Below, piece after piece: positions 27,540 to 39,600 of a stretch of 64,000 nt of DNA. Position 1 is the stretch's first letter; the number at the start of each line of letters is the position of its first letter. The position numbers were made by a program, and so were the translations under genes. The stretch is taken from positions 70,661,211 to 70,725,210 of the forward strand of contig NC_057726.1 of assembly GCF_004010195.1 (NCBI RefSeq). Direction: 5' to 3'. Origin of the DNA: Chiloscyllium plagiosum. Lineage: Eukaryota. The notes below the pieces were generated by a model. That model was not told the origin of the DNA. It worked only from the letters and a program-made list of their open reading frames with translations, and ran no database searches.

Positions 27540-27985
27540 GTGAAGCAAGGCCTTTGACAAGGTTGCACAAGGCAGGCTAGTCAGGAAGGTTAGGTCGTAT
27601 GGGATCCAGGGAGAACTAGCTAATTGGATTCAAAATTGTCTTGATGGTAGGAAGCAGAGGGTGATGCTTGAAGGTTGTTTCTCAGACTGGAGGCCTGTGA
27701 CTAGTGGTGTGCCACAGGGATCAGTGCTGGGAACTTTGTTATTTGTCATTTACATAAATGATCTGGACGTGGCATAATTAGGAAGTTTGCGGATCATAGA
27801 AAATCAGGAGGTATCATTGATAGCGAGGAAAGTTATCACAAATTACAAAGGGATCTTGATCAGATTGGGAAGTGGCCTGAGAATTGGCAAATGCAATTCA
27901 ATACAGGTAAGTGTGAGCTGTTGCACTTTGTAAGGTGAAACCAAGATAGGACATATACAGTAAATGGTAAGGTCCTTAAAATATT
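27540..27985 (+). mobile_element. CR1 LINE RT fragment (mirrored at ~37980-38375)
   Basis: [21 protein letters not shown] and KFAD remnants. Confidence 0.8.
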
Positions 27986-29423
27986 TTAAAATGCACAATA
28001 TTGCAGATAAATTCAAAGATATTCATCCTGTTACTCTGTGATCAAATGCAAAAAAAACCTTATTGCAATCAATGTCTTTGCAAAAGCAAAAAAACAAAAA
28101 CCTGAAGCAACCCATGACCAAATGCAGCAAGAACCATACAATATCAAGGCTTGGTCTGAAAATTTTGGAAGTAACATTCATGCTACACAAATGCCAGGCA
28201 AACACCATCTTCGACAAGAGACAATCTAAACAGCATGTCTTAACATTCAGTGACATTATAATCAGTGATTCCCCTTACTATCTACATGTTGGGCATTTTC
28301 ATTGAGCTGAAACAGAACTGGGCTCGCCATTTATATCGAACTGCAGTTCAAAGGCTAGGAATACTGCAGCGAGTAACTCAATTATTGACTCGCCAAAGCC
28401 TACCATTCAAAAGATGCAATTTAGGACTGTGTTGGAATGGTCCCCATTTGCCTGCATGCTTGCAGATCCAAAAACACATAAGAGTTTGACATGCTTTAGT
28501 AAAAACCGCCCACTTGACTGGCACCACATCCAGCCACTCCACTACAGAAGCTCCAAGTGGCAGCAGTGTGTATCATTTAGATGCACTACAGAAATTCACC
28601 AAAGATCCTGACACATCTTCTAAACCCACAACATTACCATCTAGAAGGACAAGGGCAGTAAGTATATGGGAACACACCACTTCCAAAATTTTCCCGAGCC
28701 ACTCACAATCCTGAAATCACTGTTCCTTCACTGTCACTGAGGCTAAATCATGGAAATTCCTCCATAATAGCATTGTGAGTCCACTTACAGCATGTAGATT
28801 GCAGCAATTCAAAAAGGCAGCTCACCACTACCTTGTCAAGGGCAAGCAGGGACAGGCAAGAAATGCTGGACCAGCCAGCGACGCCCAATTTCCCCAATTT
28901 TAAATACAGAGCAGATCTCAAACTTTGCAGTGTTTCTCCAAGATTCTTGAACATGTTTCAGTTTAAGTAAATGCACATATTTTGCATGATGCTTCTGTAT
29001 CTAATAAAGTTTCCTTTAATCACACACAGGATATAGGCATCTCTGGCTAAGCCAGTATTTATTGCTCATCCCTAATTGCCCAGAGGGCAGTTAACAATCA
29101 TCCACATTGCTGTGGTTCTAGAGTCACATGGAGACCAGACCAGATAAGGATAGTAATTTCCTTTTCAACGGTTTATTAGCGAGCCAGATAGTTTTTTTCT
29201 GACAATCGATCATGGCTTAACAGTTATCATTAGGCGCTTACTTCCAGATTCTTTATTGAATTCGAATTTCATCATCCACCATGGCAGGCTTTGAATCCAG
29301 TTTCCCAGAATATTAGCTGAGTTTCTGGATTGATTGTCTGGTGGTTATACCAATAGGCCATTGCCTTCCCAAGTGATTGGCTTACTGTTGTTGATTGCTT
29401 TTTAAGCAGCTAGGACTCCACAT

Positions 29424-29888
29424 TTATCTGCAGTGGCATTTAAGTTGCACAGAAGTTTCTTTCCCCGCTGTTCGATGCTGATATTTGATGACACAGTAAT
29501 ATGTTCCAGTATCCTGGACAGTTACATTCAGAAGATTAAGGTAGGCTACTCCTTTAATGGATGAAGACCTTTGTGTTATCGTCCTGCAGAAAGATTTTGT
29601 TACCTTCTCTCTGCTAGTAAGCAATAACATTTGAATAGTCGATTTTGAGGGGGTAAAGACAAAGCAAGAAAACTGTTGATCCTCTCTGTGCTGTTATTCA
29701 TTTCAGATCTGGATTCACTTTGGCCAAAATTCTCACAACAGCCAGCAACCAAAGAAACACACTGAAATTAAATAAGAAGGACAGTCAGCACCAAATAACA
29801 TCATCATTCCAGGCGATTTATGCAACAGCAAGTTATTACACTTTACGTTTCACCTATTCTCCAGTTTATTGTCCGAATTGAATGTCAT
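29424..29888 (-). pseudogene. IgV (VJ-type) pseudogene, left copy (more decayed)
   Basis: Mirror of 36212-36678. It shares the AAA-TGA stop, and in addition the conserved Trp codon TGG is TAG and 2 nt are lost near 29560. Confidence 0.8.
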
Positions 29889-30727
29889 ATTTTCTTCCTA
29901 CTAACTCAGTGGAAAATGAGTTCTGGGAATATTTAACTTGAAAAAAAAGACAAGAATAAAAAGTATACATTTATTTGTCACATGTTGCTTTACATTAACA
30001 TTGCGTTTTGATTACAAACACTGAATACACAGCAAAAGAAATGTGTACCTGCACGCAATATGCACAGCGAACAGACACCCCATTGTGAATGCCATATAGA
30101 AATATTGGCAGGGAAAATGTGAGACCTTCATTTGTGACTGAGAACAAAATAGACAAATGAATGTTAAATGTTCGTCTCTGTGCCTTATTTAATCATATAC
30201 ATATGTGTGGGTTAATAAGCACGTGACTACTTGCTGCGTGAAAAAATGCCTTTTCGAATGACATCTGCTGTTTTTATGGGAAACCATCACAAACATTGCA
30301 ACATTAGATAGTGTACAGAAGGGTATTCAGGAAGGAACTGTCAAGAACTTGAAAATGTGGCTGAGGAACAATTGGATGGGATGATGCTTTTGCCTTTGAA
30401 AGATGATGAGATTGATCGGAAATTTGATTGGGATGCTCAAAACTGAGATGGGCTGAGACGCAGTCGATTGGGAAGAGGTCAATAGCCTTCATATTGAGGT
30501 TAGTGGCTGGGGGTCATAGACTTAAAGAGATTATTGGAAAAGCTTAACGAGGAGATGACGAAACATCTCCAGAGTGTGGTAGACACCTGGAACTTGTGGC
30601 CTGAAAGGAAATTAGAGACACCTTTGACCCTATCACAAGTAATTTTGTTTGGATATGTAATTGATGTGCTATAATCTGCCATACTTCTGTGACAATACAG
30701 TCGCTTTAAAAGGTTATTTTAGACAGT

Positions 30728-31815
30728 CATTGAGTCATAGAGATGTAAAGCACGGAAACAGACCCTTCGGCCCAACCTGTCCATGCTGACCAGATTCCCA
30801 ACCCAATCTAGTCCCACCTGTCAGCACCCAGCCCATATCCCTCCAAACCCTTCCTATTCTTACACCCATCCAATGCCTTCTAAATGTTGCAATTGTACTA
30901 GACTCCACCACCTACTCTGGTAGCTCATTCCATACAAGTACCTCCCTCTGAGTGAAAATGTGGCCCTTAGGTCTTTTTCATATCTTTGCCCTCTCACCAC
31001 TAAACCAATGCCCCCTAGTTCTGTATTCCTCCACACCAGGGAAAAGACTTTGTCTATTTATCCTATCCATGACCCCATAATTTTGTAAACAACTATATGG
31101 TCACCGCTCAGCCTCCGACACTCCAAGAAAAACAGCCCTAGCCTGTTCAGCCTCTCCCTATAGCTAGAATCCTCCAACCCTGGCAAAATTCATGTAAATC
31201 TTTTCTGAAACCTTTCAAAATTCACAACATCTTTCCGATTGGAAGGAGACCAGAATTGCACGCAATATTCCAACAGTGATCTAATCATTGTCCTGTATAG
31301 CCGCAACATGACCTCTGAACTCCTGTACTCAATACTCTGACCGACAGAGGAAAGTATATCAAACGCCTCCTTCACTATCCTATCTACTTGTGACTCCACT
31401 TTCAAGGAGTTATTAACCTGCACTCCAAGGTCTCTTTGTTCAGCAACACTCCCTAGGACCTTACCATTAAGTATATAAGTCCTGCAAATATTTGCTATTC
31501 CAAAATGGAGCACCTTGCATTTATCCAAATTAAACTCCAGCTGCCACATCTCAGTCTATTGGCCCATCTGATCAAGATCCCATTGTTATCTGAGGTAACC
31601 TTCTTCACTGTCCAATACACCTCCAATTTTGGTTTCATCAGCAAGCTTACTAACTATACCTCTTGTGCTCACATGCAAATAATTTATATAAATGATGAAA
31701 AGCAGTGGACCCAGCACTGATCCTTGTGGAACTCCACTGGTCACAGGCCTCCATTCTGAAAAACAACCCTCCACCACCACTCTCTGTCTTCTATCTTTGA
31801 GCCAATTCTGTATCC
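30728..31815 (-). mobile_element. 5'-truncated CR1 LINE
   Basis: ORFs 31190..31549 and 31586..31879: [34 protein letters not shown]. Confidence 0.9.
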
Positions 31816-32418
31816 TGTTTTTTATTTGAATAGAGGTTGAAAGGCAAATGTTCCAAGCTGTCTCTAAGAAAGTAAACAATGTATGAGGCCTTGGTTTTTT
31901 TTAAAATGTTGGGACAATGCTAGCAGACTGGGTGTGGCCAGCTCTCACAGACCTGTTTTTCTACGTTTTCGATTTTTAGGTTTAGTGTTATGCAGAAGCT
32001 TTTGATGTCTCAAAAGAGTCGGGAGCTTCAGTGACTGTCTTCTGGCTGCTACTTTCTCTGAAATTTCTCCTGATGCTTTTTTTGTACCCCTTGTGGATTG
32101 GAGAACTGCATGTGTCAATCTGTGTCTAAAATTGCCTTTTGGCAAGGGTTATGTTTATGAGATATTACCATTGTGGACCAATTAATTAGAAATAGGTATT
32201 GTATCGATTATCCGGTGAAGATTTCTAATAGTTAAGATATTTTAAATTCCTCTTTCTTTTGCTTGTATTTTAACTTTGATGTTTAAATAAGTTGCACTTG
32301 ACTTAATGTTGACCATCTGGAACATGGCACTTTACATCTACCTTTAAAATAAAAAAAAAGTTCGGGTCTAGGCTGTCTTCTTAAAATTTATTGAGGGGAT
32401 CAGGTCTGGTCCATAACA
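31815..32418. mobile_element. Possible solo-LTR-like repeat (mirrored at 33544-34147)
   Basis: About 600 bp ending ...ccataaca (TG...CA-like terminus). No clean TSD is visible. Confidence 0.3.
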
Positions 32419-33008
32419 CTTCACACTAAATCCTTGACAGTATCATTTGATTTGTTGGCCCTTTGTTTGTCTGGCGCAGCCAAGAGCTTTTGGTTATCAG
32501 TGCAGTTAACTTTTTAAAACAAAATTTTCTGAAGAGGCAAACCACTGTAATTTTAGCAATTTGAAAGACATGGTGGCAAAACTGCTGTTACATCCTGTAA
32601 TGCAAGCAGGAATGTGGAGGACAACAATTAACCTCTCAATATTATACCCTACAGAACTGAGCAGCAACGTCAGATTAACCTGCCAAAATCCCATGTCTTA
32701 TTACTTTTTAAGGTCTCTACATATCAGCATTATGTCTTTGACAGCATTTCTCTTGGCAATCCATGTACATGTTTTTCTCAATGACTCCCTTTTCACCAGT
32801 AATTCCCACTAAAGATATTCTCAATGTATTGAGAAACCAACTTGGTGTAAGCAACATTATCAAAGAACTGATATTCATCACAAATTTAAAATCGAGGAAA
32901 ACATGTTGGGTTAGTTATTGTATTGTGTTAAAATATATTCCTAATTAGAGTCATAGAGATATACAGTACAGTAACAGACTCTTCTGTCCAATTCATCCAT
33001 GACAACCA

Positions 33009-33508
33009 NNNNNNNNNNNNNNNNNNNNNNNNNNNNNNNNNNNNNNNNNNNNNNNNNNNNNNNNNNNNNNNNNNNNNNNNNNNNNNNNNNNNNNNNNNNN
33101 NNNNNNNNNNNNNNNNNNNNNNNNNNNNNNNNNNNNNNNNNNNNNNNNNNNNNNNNNNNNNNNNNNNNNNNNNNNNNNNNNNNNNNNNNNNNNNNNNNNN
33201 NNNNNNNNNNNNNNNNNNNNNNNNNNNNNNNNNNNNNNNNNNNNNNNNNNNNNNNNNNNNNNNNNNNNNNNNNNNNNNNNNNNNNNNNNNNNNNNNNNNN
33301 NNNNNNNNNNNNNNNNNNNNNNNNNNNNNNNNNNNNNNNNNNNNNNNNNNNNNNNNNNNNNNNNNNNNNNNNNNNNNNNNNNNNNNNNNNNNNNNNNNNN
33401 NNNNNNNNNNNNNNNNNNNNNNNNNNNNNNNNNNNNNNNNNNNNNNNNNNNNNNNNNNNNNNNNNNNNNNNNNNNNNNNNNNNNNNNNNNNNNNNNNNNN
33501 NNNNNNNN
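33009..33508. other. Assembly gap (500 N) at the symmetry axis
   Basis: Run of exactly 500 N, which looks like a fixed-size scaffolding gap. Confidence 1.
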
Positions 33509-34147
33509 AAATCAAATGATGCTGTCAAGGATTAAATGTGAAGTGTTATGGACCAGACCAGATCCCCTCAATAAATTTTAAGAAGACAGCCTAGACCCGA
33601 ACTTTTTGTTTATTTTAAAGGTAGATGTAAAGTGCCGTGTTCCAGATGGTCAACATTAAGTAAAGCACAACTTATTTAAACATCAAAGTTAAAATACAAG
33701 CAAAAGAAAGAGGAATTTAAAATATCTTAACTATTAGAAATCTTCACCGGATAATCAATACAATACCTATTTCTAATTAATTGGTCCACTATGGTAATAT
33801 CTCATAAACACAACCCTTGGAAAAAGGCAATTTCAGACACAGATTGTCACATGCAGTTCTCCAATTCACAAGGGATTAAAAAAAAGCATCAGGAGAAATT
33901 TCAGAGAAAGTAGCAGCCAGGAGACAGTCACTGAAGCTCCCGACTCTTTTGAGACATCAAAAGCTTCTGCATAACACTAAACCTAAAAATTGAAAACATA
34001 GAAAAACAGGTCTGTGAGAGCTGGCCACACCCAGTCTGCTAGCATTGTCCCAACGTTTTAACAAAAACCCAAGGCCTCATACATTGTTTACTTTCTTAGA
34101 GACAGCTTGGAACATTTGCCTTTCAACTTCTCTTCAAATAAAAAACA

Positions 34148-35365
34148 GGATACAGAATTGGCTCAAAGACAGAAGACAGAGGGTGGTTTTTCAGACTAGA
34201 GGCCTGTGACCAGTGGAGTGCCACAAGGTTCGGTGCTGGGTCCACTGCTTTTCATCATTCATATAAATGATTTGCACATGAGCACAAGAGGTATAGTTAG
34301 TAAGTTTGCTGATGACACCAAAATTGGAGGTGTATTGGACAGTGAAGAAGGTTACCTCAGATTACTATGGTATCTTGATCAGATGGGCCAATAGACTGAG
34401 AAGTAGCAGCTGGAGTTTAATTTGGATAAATGCAAGGTGCTCCATTTTGGAATAGCAAATATTTGCAGGACTTATACAGTTAATGGTAAGGTCCTAGGGA
34501 GTGTTGCTGAACAAAGAGACTTTGGAGTGCAGGTTTATAACTCCTTGAAAGTGGAGTCACAAGTAGATAGGATAGTGAAGGAGGCGTTTGGTATGCTTTC
34601 CTCTGTCGGTCAGAGTATTGAGTACAGGAGTTCAGAGGTCATGTTGCAGCTGTACAGGACATTGATTAGATCACTGTTGGAATATTGCGTGCAATTCTGG
34701 TCTCCTTCCAATCGGAAAGATGTTGTGAATTTTGAAAGGTTTCAGAAAAGATTTACATGACTTTTGCCAGGGTTGGAGGATTCGAGCTATAGGGAGAGGC
34801 TGAACAGGCTAGGGCTGTTTTTCTTGGAGTGTCGGAGGCTAAGCGGTGACCATATAGTTGTTTACAAAATTATGGGGGGGCATGGATAGGATAAATAGAC
34901 AAAGTATTTTCCCTGAGGAGAAAGTGAGGTCTGCAGATGCTGGAGATCAGAGCTGGAAATGTGTTGCTGGAAAAGCGCAGCAGGTCAGGCAGCATCCAGG
35001 GAACAGGAGAATCGACGTTTCGGGCATAAGCCCTTCTTCAGGAAAGTATTTTCCCTGGTGTGGAGGAATACAGAACTAGGGGGCATTGGTTTAGGGGTGA
35101 GAGGGCAAAGATATGAAAAAGACCTAAGGGGCACAGTTTCACTCAGAGGGAGGTACTTGTATGGAATGAGCTACCAGAGTAAGTGGTGGAGTCTAGTACA
35201 ATTGCAACATTTAGAATGCATTGGATGGGTGTAAGAATAGGAAGGGTTTGGAGGGATATGGGCTGGGTGCTGACAGGTGGGACTAGATTGGGTTGGGATA
35301 TCTGGTCAGCATGGACAGGTTGGGCCGAAGGGTCTGTTTCCGTGCTTTACATCTCTATGACTCAA
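34148..35365 (+). mobile_element. 5'-truncated CR1 LINE (mirror of 30728-31815)
   Basis: ORFs 34206..34394 (KFADDTKIGG) and 34422..34760. Confidence 0.9.
34916..35042 (-). mobile_element. Young right-arm-specific short element with hammerhead-like core and 15-bp TSD
   Basis: TSD aaagtattttccctg at 34901-34915 and 35043-35057. The left arm shows an empty site at ~31037-31051. Confidence 0.85.
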
Positions 35366-36211
35366 TGACTCTCTAAAATAACCTTTTAAAGCGACTGCAT
35401 TGTCACAGAAGTATGGCAGATTATAGCACATCAATTACATATCCAAACAAAATTACTTGTGAGAGGGTCAAAGGTGTCTGCCTCTAATTTCCTTTCAGGC
35501 CACAAGTTCCAGGTGTCTACCACACTCTGGAAATGTTTCGTCATCTCCTCGTTAAGCTTTACCAATAATCTCTTTAAGTCTATGACCCCCAGCCACTAAC
35601 CTCAATATGAAGGCTATTGACCTCTTCCCAATCGACTGCGTCTCAGCCCATCTCAGTTTTGAGCATCCCAATCAAATTTCCGATCAATCTCATTTTCTTT
35701 CAAAGGCAAAAGCATCGTCCCATCCAATTGTTCCTCAGCCACATTTTCAAGTTCTTGACAGTTCCTTCCTGAATACCCTTCTGTACACTATCTAATGTTG
35801 CAATGTTTGTGATGGTTTCCCATAAAAACAGCAGATGTCATTCGAAAAGGCATTTTTTCACGCAGCAAGTAGTCACGTGCTTATTAACCCACACATATGT
35901 ATATGATTAAATAAGGCACAGAGACGAACATTTAACATTCATTTGTCTATTTTGTTCTCAGTCACAAATGAAGGTCTCACATTTTCCCTGCCAATATTTC
36001 TATATGGCATTCACAATGGGGTGTCTGTTCGCTGTGCATATTGCGTGCAGGTACACATTTCTTTTGCTGTGTATTCAGTGTTTGTAATCAAAACGCAATG
36101 TTAATGTAAAGCAACATGTGACAAATAAATGTATACTTTTTATTCTTGTCTTTTTTTTCCAAGTTAAATATTCCCAGAACTCATTTTCCACTGAGTTAGT
36201 AGGAAGAAAAT

Positions 36212-36678
36212 ATGACATTCAATTCGGACAATAAACTGGAGAATAGGTGAAACGTAAAGTGTAATAACTTGCTGTTGCATAAATCGCCTGGAATAATGGT
36301 GTTGTTTGGTGCGGACTGTCCTTCTTATTTAATCTCAGTGTGTTTCCTTGGTTGATAGCTGCTGTGAGTATTTTGGCCAAAGTGAATCCAGATCTGAAAT
36401 GAAGAACAGCGCAGAGAGGTGCAACAGTTTTCTTGCTTTGTCTTTACCCCCTCAAAATCGACTATTCAAATGTTATTGTTTACTGGCAGAGAGAAGGTAA
36501 CAAAATCTTTCTGCAGGACGATAACACAAAGGTCTTCCATGCCATTAAAGGAGTAGCCTACCTTAATCTTCTGAATGTAACTGTCCAGGATACTGGAACA
36601 TATTACTGTGTCATCAAATATCAGCATCGAACAGCGGGGAAAGAAACTTCTGTGCAACTTAAATGCCACTGCAGATAA
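36212..36678 (+). pseudogene. IgV (VJ-type) pseudogene, right copy
   Basis: Putative exon 1 at 36212-36246 and intron 36247-36348 (phase 2), then a hydrophobic leader and a V domain (FLLCLYP, VYWQR, LNLLNVTVQDTGTYYC, AGKETSVQL). In-frame TGA at 36400-36402. The 3' donor looks mutated (GCAG|ataaat). No C or TM exon was found downstream. Confidence 0.8.
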
Positions 36679-39600
36679 ATGTGGAGTCCTAGCTGCTTAA
36701 AAAGCAATCAACAACAATAAGCCAATCACTTGGGAAGGCAATGGCCTATTGGTATAACCACCAGACAATCAATCCAGAAACTCAGCTAATATTCTGGGAA
36801 ACTGGATTCAAAGCCTGCCATGGTGGATGATGAATTTCGAATTCACCAAATAATCTGGAAGTAAGCACCTAATGATAACTGTTAAGCCATGATCGATTGT
36901 CAGAAAAAAACTATCTGGCTCGCTAATAAACCGTTGAAAAGGAAATTACTATCTTTATCTGGTCTGGTCTCCATGTGACTCTAGAACCACAGCAATGTGG
37001 ATGCTTGTTAACTGCCCTCTGAGCAATTAGGGATGAGCAATAAATACTGGCTTCTGGGCCAGAGATGCCTATATCCTGTGTGATTAAAGGAAACTTTATT
37101 AGATACAGAAGCATCATGCAAAATATGTGCATTTACTTAAACTGAAACATATTCAAGAATCTTGGAGAAACACTGCAAAGTTTGAGATCTGCTCTGTATT
37201 TAAAATTGGGGAAATTGGGCGTCGCTGGCTGGTCCAGCATTTCTTGCCTGTCCCTGCTTGCCCTTGACAAGGTAGTGGTGAGCTGCCTTTTTGAAGTGCT
37301 GCAATCTACATGCTGTAAGTGGACCCACAATGCTATTAGGGAGGAATTTCCAGGATTTTGCCTCAGTGACAGTGAAGGAACAGTGATTTCAGGATTGTGA
37401 GTGGCTCGGGAAAATTTTGGAAGTGGTGTGTTCCCATATACTTACTGCCCTTGTCCTTCTAGATGGTAATGATTGTGGGTTTAGAAGATGTTGTATCAGG
37501 ATCTTTGGTGAATTTCTGTAGTGCATCTAAATGATACACACTGCTGTCACTGAGCTTCTGTAGTGGAGTGGCTGGATGTGGTGCCAGCCAAGTGGGCGGT
37601 TTTTACTAAAGCATGTCAAACTCTTGTGTGCTTTTGGATCTGCAGGCATGCAGGCAAATGGGGACCATTCCAACACAGTCCTAAATTGCACCTTTTGAAT
37701 GGTGGGTAGGTAATTGAGTTACTCGCTGCAGTGTTCCTAGCCTTTGAACTGCAGTTCTATATAAATGGCGAGCCCAGTTCTGTTTCAGCTCAATGAAAAT
37801 GCCCAACATGTAGATAGTAAGGGGAATCACTGAATATAATGTCACTGAATGTTAAGACATGTTGTTTAGATTGTCTCTTGTTGAAGATGGTGTTTGCCTG
37901 GCATTTGTGTAGCGTGAATGTTACTTCCAAATTTTCAGATCAAGCCTTGATATTGTACAGTTCTTGCTGCATTTGGTCCTTTCCAAAGTGCAACACCTCA
38001 TACTTACCTGTATTGAATTGCATTTGCCAATTCTCAGGCCACTTCCCAATCTGATCAAGATCCCTTTGTAATTTGTGATAACTTTCCTCGCTATCAATGA
38101 TACCTCCTGATTTTCTATGATCCGCAAACTTCCTAATTATGCCACGTCCAGATCATTTATGTAAATGACAAATAACAAAGTTCCCAGCACTGATCCCTGT
38201 GGCACACCACTAGTCACAGGCCTCCAGTCTGAGAAACAACCTTCAAGCATCACCCTCTGCTTCCTACCATCAAGACAATTTTGAATCCAATTAGCTAGTT
38301 CTCCCTGGATCCCATACGACCTAACCTTCCTGACTAGCCTGCCTTGTGCAACCTTGTCAAAGGCCTTGCTTCACATCAAATATACAACAAGAAGAGTTGA
38401 AGTTTCACTTTGTTATGTTGTATCAGTGTAGATCTAAATTGTGATAGAGAAAATCAGTGCTGAAAGAAGTTTCCATAGCTTGAATCTTCAAAACATAAAT
38501 GCAAAGCATCACGGTGGTACAGTGGTTAGCTCTGCTGCCTTACAGTGGTGCAGACCCGTATTCAATTCCCGCCTCAGGCAGTTGTCTGTGTGGAGTTTGC
38601 ATGTTCTGGCCATGTATGCGTGGGTTTCCTCCCACCGTCCAAAAAAATGTGTGGAGGTCAGTTGAAATGGCCATGCTAAATTGCTTGTAGTGTTCGGTGA
38701 ATGGGGTGAATGTAGGGGAATGGGTCTGGGTCGGTTGCTCTTCGGAGGGTTGGTGTGGACTTTTTGGGCCGAAGGGACTGTTTCCACACTATAAGTAATC
38801 TAACCTGTGTATAGCATTTAGACCAGTATTGTGAAATTATTTTTTCCTATTGCACCCTGTTTACAATTAGCAAATAGTATTCGATTTGCTTTTGATTTCT
38901 TTGATCTGCTGATGTGTCCAAGTATCACCTTTTTTTATTGTTGATTTACGTAATTTTAATTTTTCAAGAGGAAGAGAGAAAAAAATCATTCAATTCAACT
39001 CCGCGTGAAGATTCGGTATGAGGCAAATTTCCTTTATTCTATTTTAATGTTCGAGTCTAGTTGAACAATTGAAACTGGGAACCCCATACACACACATATA
39101 TATTTCTAACATTCTAACATGTGGATAAGTCTTGAAGATACCATCAGTTCTCAGTAGCACAATGGCAGCTGAATAAAAACAAAATAAAGAAAATAGAAAA
39201 TGGTAGGAAGTTTCACAAGCTATTGTAAATATTTTAAATCATCAAGCATATTTATAAATATTTATGTTGTATTGGTTAACTTATGCTGTTTTTTCAACTA
39301 TCAGTCGTAGTTTTGAAGCTGACTAATAGCTTTGACTTATCTTTTCATTTGTACTTAACAAGTGACAGTGTGCTGAATAATTTTGCTGCATTGATTATAG
39401 ATATAATGTTACGCTGGAGTGATGATTATTCTCAATGGTAGGTTTCGAGCTGAAAATAGAAATGATTGCTCTCTCTTTTCTTACTACACTGTTGAAAATT
39501 GACTCATCCATTAGTCTGAGTTTGGTCATAATGACTGACTTCTATTGCGTGACTCTGGCAAAGATCCCAATGTATTAGGCAGACAGCTTGCCAACTTGGC

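Larger units (their letters stand above)
1..32453 (+). repeat. Left arm of large inverted segmental duplication (probably extends upstream of the window)
   Basis: Base 1 (acctgtcatacc...) is the reverse complement of sequence ending at 48114, and 32453 pairs with 33509. Collinear mirror blocks: 1-3520, 10824-11891, 23079-32453. Many ORF-track entries occur twice on opposite strands, e.g. 2571..2765(-) and 45102..45296(+). Confidence 0.95.

Noticed and set aside
32928-33535. Long ORFs of 178-195 aa
   Set aside because: They are artefacts of translating the N gap.
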